A stretch of DNA of 64,000 bases from positions 4,603-68,602 of the forward strand of contig DASTYT010000051.1 in assembly GCA_035764725.1 (NCBI GenBank). Direction: 5' to 3'. Position 1 is the first letter of the stretch, and each line of letters starts with the position of its first letter. Position numbers and translations under genes: made by a program. Positions 30,900 to 40,406 of this stretch are shown piece by piece. Origin of the DNA: Candidatus Methylomirabilota bacterium. GTDB taxonomy: Bacteria > Methylomirabilota > Methylomirabilia > Rokubacteriales > CSP1-6. The notes beneath the pieces were generated by a model. It saw nothing but the letters and a program-made list of their open reading frames with translations, made no database searches and was not told where the DNA came from.

Positions 30900-31771
30900 G
30901 CATTCTCGTCGACCGGAACACGAAGGTCCTCGTGCAGGGCATCACCGGCAAGGAAGGCGCCTTCCACGCCGCCCGCTGCAAGGAGTACGGCACCCAGATC
31001 ATGGGGGGCGTGACGCCGGGCAAGGGCGGCACCACCCACGAGGGCTTCGCGGTCTGGAACACGGTGGAGGACGCGGTCAAGGCCACCGGTGCGGACTGCG
31101 CGCTGATCTTCGTCCCGCCTCCCGCCGCCGCGGACGCGATCATGGAGGCGGCGGATGCCGGCATGCCGCTGATCGTGTGCATCACCGAGGGCGTGCCGGT
31201 GGCCGACATGGTGCGCGTGAAGGCGTTCCTCGCCCGGACCTCCAGCCGGCTGATCGGCCCCAATTGCCCGGGGCTCATCACGCCGGGCCAGGCCAAGATC
31301 GGCATCATGCCCGGCCACATCCACAAGGCGGGTCACGTGGGCGTCGTCTCGCGGAGCGGCACGCTGACCTACGAGGTCGTGCACCAGCTGACGCAACGTG
31401 GGCTCGGGCAATCGTCCTGCGTGGGGATCGGGGGCGATCCCGTCAACGGCACCACCTTCATCGACGTGCTGAAGCTCTTCCAGGCCGATCCCGACACCAC
31501 GTCGATCATGATGATCGGCGAGATCGGGGGCACCGCGGAGGAGGAGGCGGCCGCCTTCATCAAGCAGTACGTCACCAAGCCGGTCGTCGGCTTCATCTGC
31601 GGCCAGACCGCACCGCCGGGCCGCCGCATGGGCCACGCGGGCGCGATCATCGCGGGCGGCAAGGGGACCGCCGCCGAGAAGATGAAGGCGATGGAAACCG
31701 CCGGCATCACCACCGTCAAGAGTCCCGCCGACATGGGCGCCACCGTCGCACGCGTGCTCGGCAAGGGCTAG
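30896..31771 (+). CDS. sucD: Succinyl-CoA synthetase alpha subunit
   Basis: 291 aa. CoA-binding N-terminus and phospho-His loop [13 protein letters not shown]. Confidence 0.9.
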   Translation: MSILVDRNTKVLVQGITGKEGAFHAARCKEYGTQIMGGVTPGKGGTTHEGFAVWNTVEDAVKATGADCALIFVPPPAAADAIMEAADAGMPLIVCITEGVPVADMVRVKAFLARTSSRLIGPNCPGLITPGQAKIGIMPGHIHKAGHVGVVSRSGTLTYEVVHQLTQRGLGQSSCVGIGGDPVNGTTFIDVLKLFQADPDTTSIMMIGEIGGTAEEEAAAFIKQYVTKPVVGFICGQTAPPGRRMGHAGAIIAGGKGTAAEKMKAMETAGITTVKSPADMGATVARVLGKG

Positions 31772-31778
31772 GGGAGTC

Positions 31779-32204
31779 ATGGCCATCGAGCGGACCCTCA
31801 CCATCATCAAGCCCGACGCGGTCGCGCGGAACGCGATCGGCCAGATCATCGCGCGCTTCGAGGCGGCCGGCCTCAAGGTGCTCGGCGCCAAGTTCGTGCG
31901 CCTGTCGCCCGATCAGGCGGCCGGCTTCTACGCCGTGCACAAGGCGCGGCCGTTCTTCGCGAGCCTCTGCGCGTTCATGACCCAGGGCCCGGTGATGCCC
32001 ATGGTGCTGGAGGGCGAGGGCGCCATCGCCAAGCTGCGCGACATCATGGGCGCCACCGACCCCGCCAAGGCCGCGCCGGGGACGATCCGCCGCGACTTCG
32101 CCTCCTCGATCGAGGCCAACGCCGTGCACGGGTCGGACTCGCCCGAATCCGCGGCCTTCGAGATCGAGTACTTCTTCGGCCCCCACGAGATCCACACGCG
32201 ATAG
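31779..32204 (+). CDS. ndk: Nucleoside diphosphate kinase
   Basis: 141 aa. [12 protein letters not shown] and active-site [17 protein letters not shown]. Confidence 0.9.
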   Translation: MAIERTLTIIKPDAVARNAIGQIIARFEAAGLKVLGAKFVRLSPDQAAGFYAVHKARPFFASLCAFMTQGPVMPMVLEGEGAIAKLRDIMGATDPAKAAPGTIRRDFASSIEANAVHGSDSPESAAFEIEYFFGPHEIHTR

Positions 32205-32263
32205 AGACGTGGGCCCGGGTCGACGACGAGTTCTTTCCCGCCATCCTCGGCACACGACAGCGG

Positions 32264-32740
32264 GTGATCGCGGGCGTGGTCGGGATCGGCCTGGGCGTGG
32301 TGGCACCCTTCCTCCTCTCCGTCGCGGTGGTGGCCGCCACCGGCGATCTCCTCTTCACGATCTTCCCGCTGCCGTTCCTCGGCCTGGTCTGGGCGCTCCA
32401 ATCGATGGCGCCTGCCGGCTACACGCTGGAGCGCCGCGGTCTCCGACTCGAGCGCCGCTGGCTCGCCCGACGGCTCCCCTACGCGGCCATCACCGCCGCC
32501 GACCGCACGCCGCGGCCCATCGGCGGTTTCCTCGCCCTCGGCCTCAATGCGCTGTTCGGCTCGCACGGGCTCCGCTGGAACCGGCGGACGGGGCTCCACT
32601 ACCTCGCCATCACCAACACGCGCGACCTCGTCTACCTCCACACCCGCCGCGGCCTCGTGGTGATCTCCCCGAGCCGCCCGGACGAGTTCGTGGCCGCGCT
32701 CTCCGCCCGCCTCGGCAGGCGAGGGGAGGATTCGCCGTGA
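32264..32740 (+). CDS. Membrane protein with bacterial PH (bPH_2-like) domain, hypothetical
   Basis: 158 aa, GTG start. Two N-terminal TM helices followed by a ~100-aa soluble domain. High GC3. Confidence 0.5.
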   Translation: MIAGVVGIGLGVVAPFLLSVAVVAATGDLLFTIFPLPFLGLVWALQSMAPAGYTLERRGLRLERRWLARRLPYAAITAADRTPRPIGGFLALGLNALFGSHGLRWNRRTGLHYLAITNTRDLVYLHTRRGLVVISPSRPDEFVAALSARLGRRGEDSP

Positions 32741-33660
32741 CGAGCCGCATCCCGCTCGCCGTCTCGATCCCGCAGACGTTCCCTTCAGGCCCGATCGATC
32801 CCGAGCGCATCCGCCGGTATCTCGCCCGCGCCGAGGCCCTCGGCTTCACTGGCGCCTGGGTGGTCGAGCAGGTGGTGGGCACGATCCCGAGTCTCGAGCC
32901 CATCGAGCTGCTCACCTTTGCCGCCGCGGCCACGCGCCGGCTACGCGTCGGGGCGGCGGTGCTGTTGACCGCGCTGCGGACGCCGCTTCACACCGCCAAG
33001 AGCCTCGCCACGCTCGATCAGCTCTCGGGCGGACGACTCGACGTCGGCGTGGGCCTGGGCGGCCAGCCTGCGGTCTATCCCGCCTTCGGGCTCTCCGCCG
33101 AGCGTCGCGCCGCGCGCTTCGCGGAGGGGGTGACGCTCATGAAGCGCCTCTGGACCGAGCCCCGCGTGACATTCGACGGCGAGTTCTACCGGCTCAAGGA
33201 TCTGCCCATGGAGCCCAAGCCGCGCCAGCGTCCGCATCCACCGATCTGGTTCGGAGCGCATCACCCGGACGCGCTCCGGCGCGCCGTCGCTCTCGGCGAC
33301 GCGTTCATGGGCGCGGGCTCGGCCTCCACCGCGACGTTCGCCTCCGAGGTGGCGCAGCTGCGGCGCACGCTGGAGGAGGCGCGCCGCGACCCCGCGACGT
33401 TCCCTGTGGCCAAGCGCGTCTACATCGCCGTGGACGATGACCGCGCGCGGGCGGCCCGCCGCCTCACCGAGTGGTTCGGCGGCTTCTATCACCGGCCCCA
33501 GCTCGCCGAGGAGGTCTCGGTGTGGGGCTCGGCCGAGCAGTGCGCGGAGGGGCTCCGGGCGGTGGTGGCGGCGGGGGCCGGCATGCTCATGCTCAACCCC
33601 GTCTTCGACGACGAGGAGCAGCTCGAGCGCTTCGCCGCGGAGCTGGCGCCCCGGCTCTAG
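32737..33660 (+). CDS. LLM-class (luciferase-like) flavin/F420-dependent oxidoreductase
   Basis: 308 aa, GTG start with GAGGGGAGGA RBS. TIM-barrel LLM features (GFTGAWVVEQ..., GGRLDVGVGLG). Confidence 0.7.
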   Translation: MTSRIPLAVSIPQTFPSGPIDPERIRRYLARAEALGFTGAWVVEQVVGTIPSLEPIELLTFAAAATRRLRVGAAVLLTALRTPLHTAKSLATLDQLSGGRLDVGVGLGGQPAVYPAFGLSAERRAARFAEGVTLMKRLWTEPRVTFDGEFYRLKDLPMEPKPRQRPHPPIWFGAHHPDALRRAVALGDAFMGAGSASTATFASEVAQLRRTLEEARRDPATFPVAKRVYIAVDDDRARAARRLTEWFGGFYHRPQLAEEVSVWGSAEQCAEGLRAVVAAGAGMLMLNPVFDDEEQLERFAAELAPRL

Positions 33661-33664
33661 CGGC

Positions 33665-34447
33665 GTGAAGGTCATCGTCGACCGGCTCGGCAAGATCTAT
33701 CGCGACCGTCGCGGCCATGCGGTGACCGCGCTCGAGGACGTCACATTCACCGCCGAGCCCGAAGAGTTCCTCGCCATCCTCGGTCCCTCGGGCTGCGGGA
33801 AGTCGACCCTGCTCGGCGCCATCGCCGGGCTCCTGCCGGCCTCCTCCGGCGGCATCTTCTTCGAGGGCGCGCGGCGGTCGGGGCAGCCGCTCACCGCCAC
33901 CGTCTTCCAGGAGTTCGCGCTCTTTCCCTGGCGCACGGCGCGCGCCAACGTCGAGCTTGGGCTGGAAGAGCTGGGGCTGCCCGCGGCGGAACGGGCCACG
34001 CGGGCGCGGCGCTACATCGACCAGATGGGCCTCGGCGGCTTCGAGGACCGCTACCCGCATCAGCTCTCGGGGGGCATGCGGCAGCGCGTGGGCATCGCGC
34101 GCGCGCTCGTAGTGGATCCCGCGGTCTTGCTCATGGACGAGCCCTTCTCCGCGCTCGACGCGCAGACGCGCACCCTCATGATGGAGGAGCTGCTGGCGAT
34201 CTGGGAGCGCGCCCGCACCACGATCGTCTACATCACCCATAACATCCAGGAAGCGGTGTTCATGGCCGATCGCGTCCTCGTCCTCTCACGCCGGCCCGGC
34301 CGCGTGCTCGCGAGCGTGCCGGTGGCCTTGCCGCGCCCGCGCACCGAGGCCATGCTGGGCGATCCAGCCTTCGTGGCCACCGCCGACCGCATCTGGAGCC
34401 TCATCCGCTCGCAGGCCGAGGCCGCGCTCGTCGAGGGGCGGGCATGA
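33665..34447 (+). CDS. ABC transporter ATP-binding protein (NitT/TauT nitrate/sulfonate/bicarbonate family)
   Basis: ~260 aa, GTG start. Walker A GPSGCGKST, signature LSGGMRQRVGIARAL, Walker B LLMDEPFSALD. Confidence 0.8.
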   Translation: MKVIVDRLGKIYRDRRGHAVTALEDVTFTAEPEEFLAILGPSGCGKSTLLGAIAGLLPASSGGIFFEGARRSGQPLTATVFQEFALFPWRTARANVELGLEELGLPAAERATRARRYIDQMGLGGFEDRYPHQLSGGMRQRVGIARALVVDPAVLLMDEPFSALDAQTRTLMMEELLAIWERARTTIVYITHNIQEAVFMADRVLVLSRRPGRVLASVPVALPRPRTEAMLGDPAFVATADRIWSLIRSQAEAALVEGRA

Positions 34448-35256
34448 GCGTCTCGCGCGCGGCGGTGTCCCGCGTGCCGGTCGAGGACCGCACGCGCTTC
34501 CTCGTGCGCCGGCATCACCCGGCGCTGCGGGTCGCCGCGCTGGTCGGCGTGGTCGTGCTCTGGGAGCTCCTGTGCCGGGCGGGCTGGGTGCCCGCTCTCT
34601 TCCTGCCGTCGCCGCTCGGCGTCCTCCGGGAGGGGCGCGACATGCTCGTGTCGGGCGAGCTCCTCGTCCACCTGGCCGCGAGCCTCAAGCGCCTGCTCCT
34701 GGGCTTCGTCATCGGCAGCGCCGCGGGGATCGCGGTGGGCATCGTCGTCGGCGTGTTCTCGGTGGCGGAGGCGGTGGGGACGCCCCTCATCGCCGCGACC
34801 TTCCCCATTCCCAAGATCGCGCTCCTGCCGCTCCTCATCCTCTGGCTCGGCATCGGCGAGCCGTCGAAGGTCGCGGTGATCGCGCTCGGCGTGTTCTTCC
34901 CGCTCGCCCTCAACACCTACGCGGGGGCACGGCAGGTCGATCCCGTGCTGGTGCGCGCGGCCGTCGCCTTCGGTGCGGGGCGCTGGAGCATGATCCGCAA
35001 GGTGATCGTGCCGTCCACGCTCCCGATGGTCTTCGCGGGCCTCAAGCTGGGGGCGGGCACGGCGCTACTCCTGCTCGTGGCCGCGGAGATGATCGCGGTG
35101 GAGTCCGGGATCGGCTTCCTGATCCTGAACGCGGCCAATCTCATGGCCACGACCAAGCTCATGGTCGGCATCGTGCTGCTCTCGGCCCTGGGCGTGCTAT
35201 CGCACGGGGGCCTGGTGGCGCTGGAGCGCTTGGTCCTGCCCTGGCGCGAGGGGTGA
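34444..35256 (+). CDS. ABC transporter permease (NitT/TauT family, BPD_transp_1)
   Basis: 270 aa, 6 TM helices. Coupled to the ATPase by an ATGA overlap. Confidence 0.8.
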   Translation: MSVSRAAVSRVPVEDRTRFLVRRHHPALRVAALVGVVVLWELLCRAGWVPALFLPSPLGVLREGRDMLVSGELLVHLAASLKRLLLGFVIGSAAGIAVGIVVGVFSVAEAVGTPLIAATFPIPKIALLPLLILWLGIGEPSKVAVIALGVFFPLALNTYAGARQVDPVLVRAAVAFGAGRWSMIRKVIVPSTLPMVFAGLKLGAGTALLLLVAAEMIAVESGIGFLILNAANLMATTKLMVGIVLLSALGVLSHGGLVALERLVLPWREG

Positions 35257-35273
35257 GCAGTCGGCCGGCGCGA

Positions 35274-35411
35274 TCAGACCAGGTTGCCGACCTTCAGCAA
35301 CATCCACACGCCGATCGCGATCGCGAGCCAGACCGCCGCACCCATGGTGATGCCGAGCGCCAGGCCCCGGGCCGCGTCGAACCTTCGATCCCTCTGCGAA
35401 GAGGCGTGCAT
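35274..35411 (-). CDS. Unannotated small membrane protein (45 aa; MHASSQRDRRFDAARGLALGITMGAAVWLAIAIGVWMLLKVGNLV)
   Basis: Not in the ORF track (too short). ~91% GC at codon position 3 (41/45 codons), versus many A/T-ending codons in the overlapping +strand 78-aa track ORF. AAGGTGG RBS 2 nt upstream. Charged N-terminus plus one TM helix. Antisense in the permease-SBP gap. Confidence 0.45.
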   Translation of the reverse strand: MHASSQRDRRFDAARGLALGITMGAAVWLAIAIGVWMLLKVGNLV

Positions 35412-35557
35412 GACCACCTTAGAGAGCAATACTGAGACCAGGGATGCAAGTGGCCGATTCAGCAGGAGAAAGGCGTTATCATTCCTCTATAGTGCCGAGA
35501 AGCACCCGCTCGCCCTGTAATCTCTTCCGACAGGCGGGTCGTGATAGCCTACCCGCC

Positions 35558-36586
35558 ATGACTCGACTCCTGACTCCCCTCGCGGCCGCGCTGCTGATGA
35601 CCGCCTTCTTTCTTGCCCCGATGGCGACCGAGGCTCAGACCAAGGTCAAGGTCGGTGTGCTCAAGCTCACGTCCTCGGCTCCCATCTTCGTCGGCGTGGA
35701 GAAGGGATTCTTCAAGGAGTTCGGCGTCGAGCCCGAGCTGGTCTATTTCCAGGCCGCCGTCCCGATCGCCACCGCGCTGGCCGCCGGCCAGATCGAGGTC
35801 GGCGCCACCGGCCTCACCGCCGCCCTCTACAACATCGTGCTGCAGGGCGAAAAGCTGTGGATCGTGGCCGACAAGGGGCGCGAGTGGCCGGGCTTTCCGC
35901 TGGTGGGCATCATGGTGCAGAAGGAGCTGTGGGACGCCGGCACGCTGCGGTCGATCCGCGATCTCAAGGGCCGCAGCATCGGCGTGACCCAGCTCGGCTC
36001 CACGTTTCACTTCCAGATCGGCAACATTCTCGAGAAGGAAGGCCTCGCGCTCTCCGACGTGCGTATCGTGCCGCTGCAGGCGATACCGGCGACGGTGGAG
36101 GCGCTCAAGGGCAAGCAGGTGGACGCGATCCTTGTGCCGCAGCCCTTTCCCGGCGCGGCCGAGGCGGCCGGCTTCGGCAAGATTCTCGCCTGGGCCGGTG
36201 ATCTCTATCCGTGGCAGATCGCGGCGGTCTTCTACTCGAAGGGCTTCGCGGCGGATCGGTCCCGGGCGGTGGCCTTCATGAAGGGGTACGCCAAGGCTTC
36301 CCGCTACTACTTCGACGCGGCCCTCGTCCAGAAGGACGGCAAGGTCGTGCCCGGCACGGCATACGAGGAGGTCGTGGACATCACCGCGCGCTACACGGGG
36401 GCCAAGCCCGAGGTGATCAAGCTCGGCCTCCCGTACCAGGACCGCAACGGCCGCCTCCTCGTCCCCGACATCGAGAAGCAGATCGCGTGGTGGGTCAAGC
36501 ACGGCTTCATGAAGGAGGCGCTGCCCGTCAAGGACGTCATAGATCCCTCTTTCCTGGAAGAGGCGCTCAAGCAGCTGGGCGGGTGA
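35558..36586 (+). CDS. ABC transporter substrate-binding protein (NitT/TauT family, NMT1/SsuA-like), secreted
   Basis: 342 aa from MTRLLTPLAAALLMTAFFLAPMATEA (signal peptide). Periplasmic-binding-protein type 2 fold. Preceded by an AT-richer ~150-bp promoter region. Confidence 0.8.
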   Translation: MTRLLTPLAAALLMTAFFLAPMATEAQTKVKVGVLKLTSSAPIFVGVEKGFFKEFGVEPELVYFQAAVPIATALAAGQIEVGATGLTAALYNIVLQGEKLWIVADKGREWPGFPLVGIMVQKELWDAGTLRSIRDLKGRSIGVTQLGSTFHFQIGNILEKEGLALSDVRIVPLQAIPATVEALKGKQVDAILVPQPFPGAAEAAGFGKILAWAGDLYPWQIAAVFYSKGFAADRSRAVAFMKGYAKASRYYFDAALVQKDGKVVPGTAYEEVVDITARYTGAKPEVIKLGLPYQDRNGRLLVPDIEKQIAWWVKHGFMKEALPVKDVIDPSFLEEALKQLGG

Positions 36587-36643
36587 GCGGCGCCGCGACC
36601 TCGCGTTGCCGCGTCCGTATCCCCCTGCTATGATTCTCGGGTT

Positions 36644-38146
36644 GTGATTTCGCCCTTCAAGAAAGTCCTCATCGCCAACCGCGGCGAGATCGCGGTGCGC
36701 GTCATCCGGGCCTGCCGCGAGCTCGGCATCGCCACCGTCGCCGTCTACTCGGAGGCGGACCGCGAGTCGCTCCACGTGCTCATGGCCGACGAGGCCGTCG
36801 CCATCGGGCCGCCGGCGCCCGCCGAGAGCTACCTGGCGATCGACCGCGTCGTGGCGGCCGCGCGCGCGACGGGCGCCGACGCCGTGCACCCGGGCTACGG
36901 TTTCCTCGCCGAGAACGCGGCCTTCGCGGAGGCCTGCGTCGGCGCCGGCCTCGTCTTCATCGGGCCGCCGCCGTCCGCCATCCGCGCCATGGGCGACAAG
37001 GTGGCGGCCCGGCGCACGGCGAATCGCCTGGGTGTGCCGGTGGTGCCGGGCACCGAGACGCCCGTCACCGACGACGCGGAAGCCGCGCGTGTCGCCGCCA
37101 CCGTGGGCTATCCCGTCATGATCAAGGCGGCGATGGGCGGGGGCGGGAAGGGCATGCGCCTCGTGCGCGCCGCCGGCGAGCTCGCGGGCGCCCTCCGCGC
37201 CGCCCGCAGCGAGGCGGGCGGCGCCTTCGGCGACTCCTCCGTGTACATCGAGCGCTACGTCGAGGAGCCGCGCCACATCGAGATCCAGGTGCTCGCGGAC
37301 GCGCACGGCACCGTGCTCCACCTCGGCGAGCGCGAGTGCTCCATCCAGCGGCGGCACCAGAAGCTCGTGGAGGAATCGCCTTCGCCCTTCGTGAGCGCCG
37401 AGATGCGCCGGCAGATGGGCGAGGCCGCCTGCCGGCTCGCCGCCGCGGTGGGCTACGTCAACGCCGGGACGGTGGAGTTCCTGGTCGACCGGCAAGGCGC
37501 CTTCTACTTCCTCGAGATGAACACGCGGCTCCAGGTCGAGCACCCCGTGACCGAGCTGGTGACCGGACGCGATCTCGTGAAGGAGCAGCTCCGCATCGCC
37601 GCCGGCGAGAAGCTCGCCTTCGGCCAGGACGACGTGACGTGGCGGGGCTGGGCCATCGAGTGCCGCATCAACGCGGAGGATCCGCTCGCGGGCTTCGTGC
37701 CGTCGCCCGGCCGCATCGCCGGCCTGCGTGTCCCCGGCGGTCCGTGGGTGCGCGACGACTCCGGCGTGTACGCGGGCGCCACCGTGCCCCGCTTTTACGA
37801 CACGCTCATGGCCAAGCTCATCGTGTGGGGCCCCGATCGCGAGGCCGCCATCGCGCGCATGCGCCGCGCGCTGAGCGAGTACCGCATCACCGGCGTGCGC
37901 AGCACCATTCCCGTGCTCGAGCGCATCATGGCCGACGGCGAGTTCGTCGCGGGCCGTCTCCACACCGGCTTCATGGAGCGGCTGCTCGGGGCCGGGATCG
38001 GGGGCGGCGCCGGCCGCCGCCGCCTCGCGCTGGTGGCCGCGACGCTCGCCGCCTACGAGCAGGGGGAGCGCCGCGCGCCCGCGCCGCCCTCGACAATGCC
38101 GAGCGTCTGGACACAGAGCGGCCGCTCGTGGACCCGCCCGCGATGA
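36644..38146 (+). CDS. accC: Biotin carboxylase (acetyl-/acyl-CoA carboxylase AccC-type) with ~50-aa C-terminal extension
   Basis: 500 aa, GTG start. [20 protein letters not shown]-grasp and BC C-terminal domains (HTGFMERLL), then a high-GC3 Ala/Pro-rich tail. Confidence 0.85.
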   Translation: MISPFKKVLIANRGEIAVRVIRACRELGIATVAVYSEADRESLHVLMADEAVAIGPPAPAESYLAIDRVVAAARATGADAVHPGYGFLAENAAFAEACVGAGLVFIGPPPSAIRAMGDKVAARRTANRLGVPVVPGTETPVTDDAEAARVAATVGYPVMIKAAMGGGGKGMRLVRAAGELAGALRAARSEAGGAFGDSSVYIERYVEEPRHIEIQVLADAHGTVLHLGERECSIQRRHQKLVEESPSPFVSAEMRRQMGEAACRLAAAVGYVNAGTVEFLVDRQGAFYFLEMNTRLQVEHPVTELVTGRDLVKEQLRIAAGEKLAFGQDDVTWRGWAIECRINAEDPLAGFVPSPGRIAGLRVPGGPWVRDDSGVYAGATVPRFYDTLMAKLIVWGPDREAAIARMRRALSEYRITGVRSTIPVLERIMADGEFVAGRLHTGFMERLLGAGIGGGAGRRRLALVAATLAAYEQGERRAPAPPSTMPSVWTQSGRSWTRPR

Positions 38147-38640
38147 AGTTCGAGGCCGAGCTCGACGGCGCGCTGAGCCCCGTGGAGGTGGAGGGCGAGG
38201 CCGGACGCTATCGCGTGCGCCTGGACGGCCAGACGCTGGAGGTCGACGCGCGGCGCGTCGGGGAGGGGCTCTGGTCCCTGGTGCTCGGCGGGGAATCCAT
38301 GGTCGCGGAGATCAGCGACGAGGACGGGGTGTCGGTGGTGCGCGTGGACGGCGAGATCTACCGCATCCGGGTCGAGGAGGAGTCGCGCTACCTCATCCGG
38401 ACGCGCGGCGGCACCGCCGCCGGCCGTGGCCAGGTCCTCAAGGCCCCGATGCCGGGCCGGGTGGTGCTCATCGAGGTCGCGGTGGGCCAGCGAGTGCAGA
38501 AGGGGGACGGCCTTGTAATCCTCGAGGCGATGAAGATGGAGAACGAGTTCCGCGCCTCGGGGGAAGGGACGGTGAAGGAGATCCGCGTCCAGGCCGGTCA
38601 AGCCGTGAACCCCGGCGACGTGCTGCTGGTGATCGAGTAG
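38143..38640 (+). CDS. Biotin carboxyl carrier / biotinyl-domain protein
   Basis: 165 aa. C-terminal biotinyl domain with EAMKMENE around the biotinylated Lys. ATGA overlap with accC. No carboxyltransferase gene adjacent. Confidence 0.75.
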   Translation: MKFEAELDGALSPVEVEGEAGRYRVRLDGQTLEVDARRVGEGLWSLVLGGESMVAEISDEDGVSVVRVDGEIYRIRVEEESRYLIRTRGGTAAGRGQVLKAPMPGRVVLIEVAVGQRVQKGDGLVILEAMKMENEFRASGEGTVKEIRVQAGQAVNPGDVLLVIE

Positions 38641-38642
38641 GC

Positions 38643-39380
38643 ATGGCGGCGGCCATCGAGTTCGCGGGCGTCAACAAGTGGTTCGGGCCGCTGCACGTCC
38701 TCGCCGACGTCACCCTCGACGTGGCGGCGGGTGAGGTGATCGTGGTCTGCGGCCCGTCCGGCTCGGGCAAGAGCACCCTCATCCGCTGCGTCAACCGCCT
38801 CGAGCCCATCCAGGGCGGCGCGATCAAGGTGCACGGCAAGTCCATCACCGCCTCGGACGTCAACCTCTCGCGCCTGCGTGCCGAGGTGGGGATGGTGTTC
38901 CAGTCCTTCAACCTGTTCCCGCACATGACGGTGCTCGAGAACGTCACACTGGCCCCCGTGAAGGTGAAGGGGCTCGCGACCGCCGAGGCCGAGAAGATCG
39001 CGCGCGGCCTTCTCGAGCGGGTGCACATTCCCGACAAGGCCGACAAGTATCCGGCCAATCTCTCCGGCGGCCAGCAGCAGCGGGTGGCCATCGCGCGCGC
39101 CCTTGCGATGCAGCCCCGCATCATGCTGTTCGACGAGCCCACCTCGGCGCTGGACCCCGAGATGATCAACGAGGTGCTCGAGGTCATGACGGATCTCGCG
39201 AAGGACGGCATGACCATGATGGTGGTGACGCACGAGATGGGCTTCGCCCGCCGCGTCGCGCACCGCGTGGTCTTCATGGACGCCGGCCGCGTCGTCGAGG
39301 TCCAGACTCCCGAGACGTTCTTCGCCGCGCCGCGCTCGGAGCGCGCGAAGGACTTTCTGTCCAAGATCCTGTCCCACTAG
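38643..39380 (+). CDS. Polar amino-acid ABC transporter ATP-binding protein (GlnQ/HisP family)
   Basis: 245 aa. Walker [26 protein letters not shown], Walker [12 protein letters not shown]. Confidence 0.9.
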   Translation: MAAAIEFAGVNKWFGPLHVLADVTLDVAAGEVIVVCGPSGSGKSTLIRCVNRLEPIQGGAIKVHGKSITASDVNLSRLRAEVGMVFQSFNLFPHMTVLENVTLAPVKVKGLATAEAEKIARGLLERVHIPDKADKYPANLSGGQQQRVAIARALAMQPRIMLFDEPTSALDPEMINEVLEVMTDLAKDGMTMMVVTHEMGFARRVAHRVVFMDAGRVVEVQTPETFFAAPRSERAKDFLSKILSH

Positions 39381-39404
39381 CTCCGCCCCGCAAGGAGGCC
39401 CTGC

Positions 39405-40271
39405 ATGAAGCGTGTCATTGGATTCATCACCGCCGTCGCCCTGCTCGCCGCCGGGGTCGCCCCGGTGACCGCGCAGCAGCTGACCGGCACCCTCGAGAAG
39501 ATCAGCCAGTCCGGCGTACTCACCATCGGCACCCGCACCGGCTCGCCGCCCTTCGCGTACGTCAACGCCAAGAACGAGTGGGTCGGCTTCTCCATCGATC
39601 TCGTCGAGGAGCTGGTGAAGCCCGCGATCGAGAGGAAGATCGGCAAGCCCATCAAGGTCGAGAAGAAGGAATCCACCCCGCCCACCCGCATTCCCCTCCT
39701 CACGTCGAACGCGGTGGATCTCATCGCGGGGACCATGACGGACACGCGGACGCGGCGGGAGAGCGTGGACTTCTCCATCACGTTCTTCGTGACGGGCGCC
39801 CAGTTCCTCGTGAAGAAGGGGAGCCCGATCAAGGGCATCCAGAACATCGACGGCAAGCGCATCGCCGCCCAGCAGGGCTCGACGAACGCCCGCATCATCC
39901 GCGAGAAGGCGCCCAAGGCGCAGCTCCGCGAGTTCCCCGACCAGCCCGCCGCCTTCCAGGCGCTCCTCCAGGGGCAGGTCGACGCGTACACCAACGACGG
40001 CATCCAGCTCGCCGGCCTGAAGTCCAAGGCGCCGAATCCGGCGCAGTGGGACATCGTCGGCGACTTCTTCTCCTACGAGCCCTACGGGATGGCCCTGCGG
40101 AAGGGTGACGCCGACTTCCGCGCGGTGGTGAACGCCGGCCTCATGGAGGGGATCGAATCCGGCAAGTACTTCGAGATCTACGACAAGTGGTTCGGCGCCA
40201 AGGGCGAATTGCCGTACCCCATGAGCGCCGCTGTCCGGTCCTTCATGATCTACCAGGTCGTCCCGAAATAG
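39405..40271 (+). CDS. Polar amino-acid ABC transporter substrate-binding protein (PBP2 family), secreted
   Basis: 288 aa. Signal peptide, AAGGAGG RBS, lysine-arginine-ornithine/glutamine-binding-protein-like fold. Confidence 0.85.
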   Translation: MKRVIGFITAVALLAAGVAPVTAQQLTGTLEKISQSGVLTIGTRTGSPPFAYVNAKNEWVGFSIDLVEELVKPAIERKIGKPIKVEKKESTPPTRIPLLTSNAVDLIAGTMTDTRTRRESVDFSITFFVTGAQFLVKKGSPIKGIQNIDGKRIAAQQGSTNARIIREKAPKAQLREFPDQPAAFQALLQGQVDAYTNDGIQLAGLKSKAPNPAQWDIVGDFFSYEPYGMALRKGDADFRAVVNAGLMEGIESGKYFEIYDKWFGAKGELPYPMSAAVRSFMIYQVVPK

Positions 40272-40297
40272 AAGGCGTTCGAGCCACGCGACGGGAA

Positions 40298-40375
40298 GCG
40301 GGGTCGGGGCCGGGGGCATGCTCGCGGCGCAATGCTTCACTGAGCGAGCGAGCGTGCCTCCGGTCCCGGCCCCGC
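40298..40375 (+). promoter_or_regulatory. Intercistronic RNA stem-loop (19-bp stem with 3 G:U pairs, structured 40-nt loop) between the SBP and permease genes
   Basis: 5' arm GCGGGGTCGGGGCCGGGGG pairs with 3' arm CCTCCGGTCCCGGCCCCGC. The loop contains a GCTCGC/GCGAGC sub-helix. No U-tract follows. Sits in the 135-nt SBP-permease gap. Confidence 0.4.
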
Positions 40376-40406
40376 GTGCTTTCACGAGCGTGATGGATCA
40401 ACGGCC

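Noticed and set aside
35284-35520. Plus-strand 78-aa track ORF in the permease-SBP gap.
   Set aside because: Many A/T-ending codons (TTA, AAT, ACT, GAT, AGT, AGA, TCA, TAT), atypical for this genome. The antisense 45-aa frame has the coding-like GC3 signature instead. The region is also the AT-richer promoter of the SBP gene.
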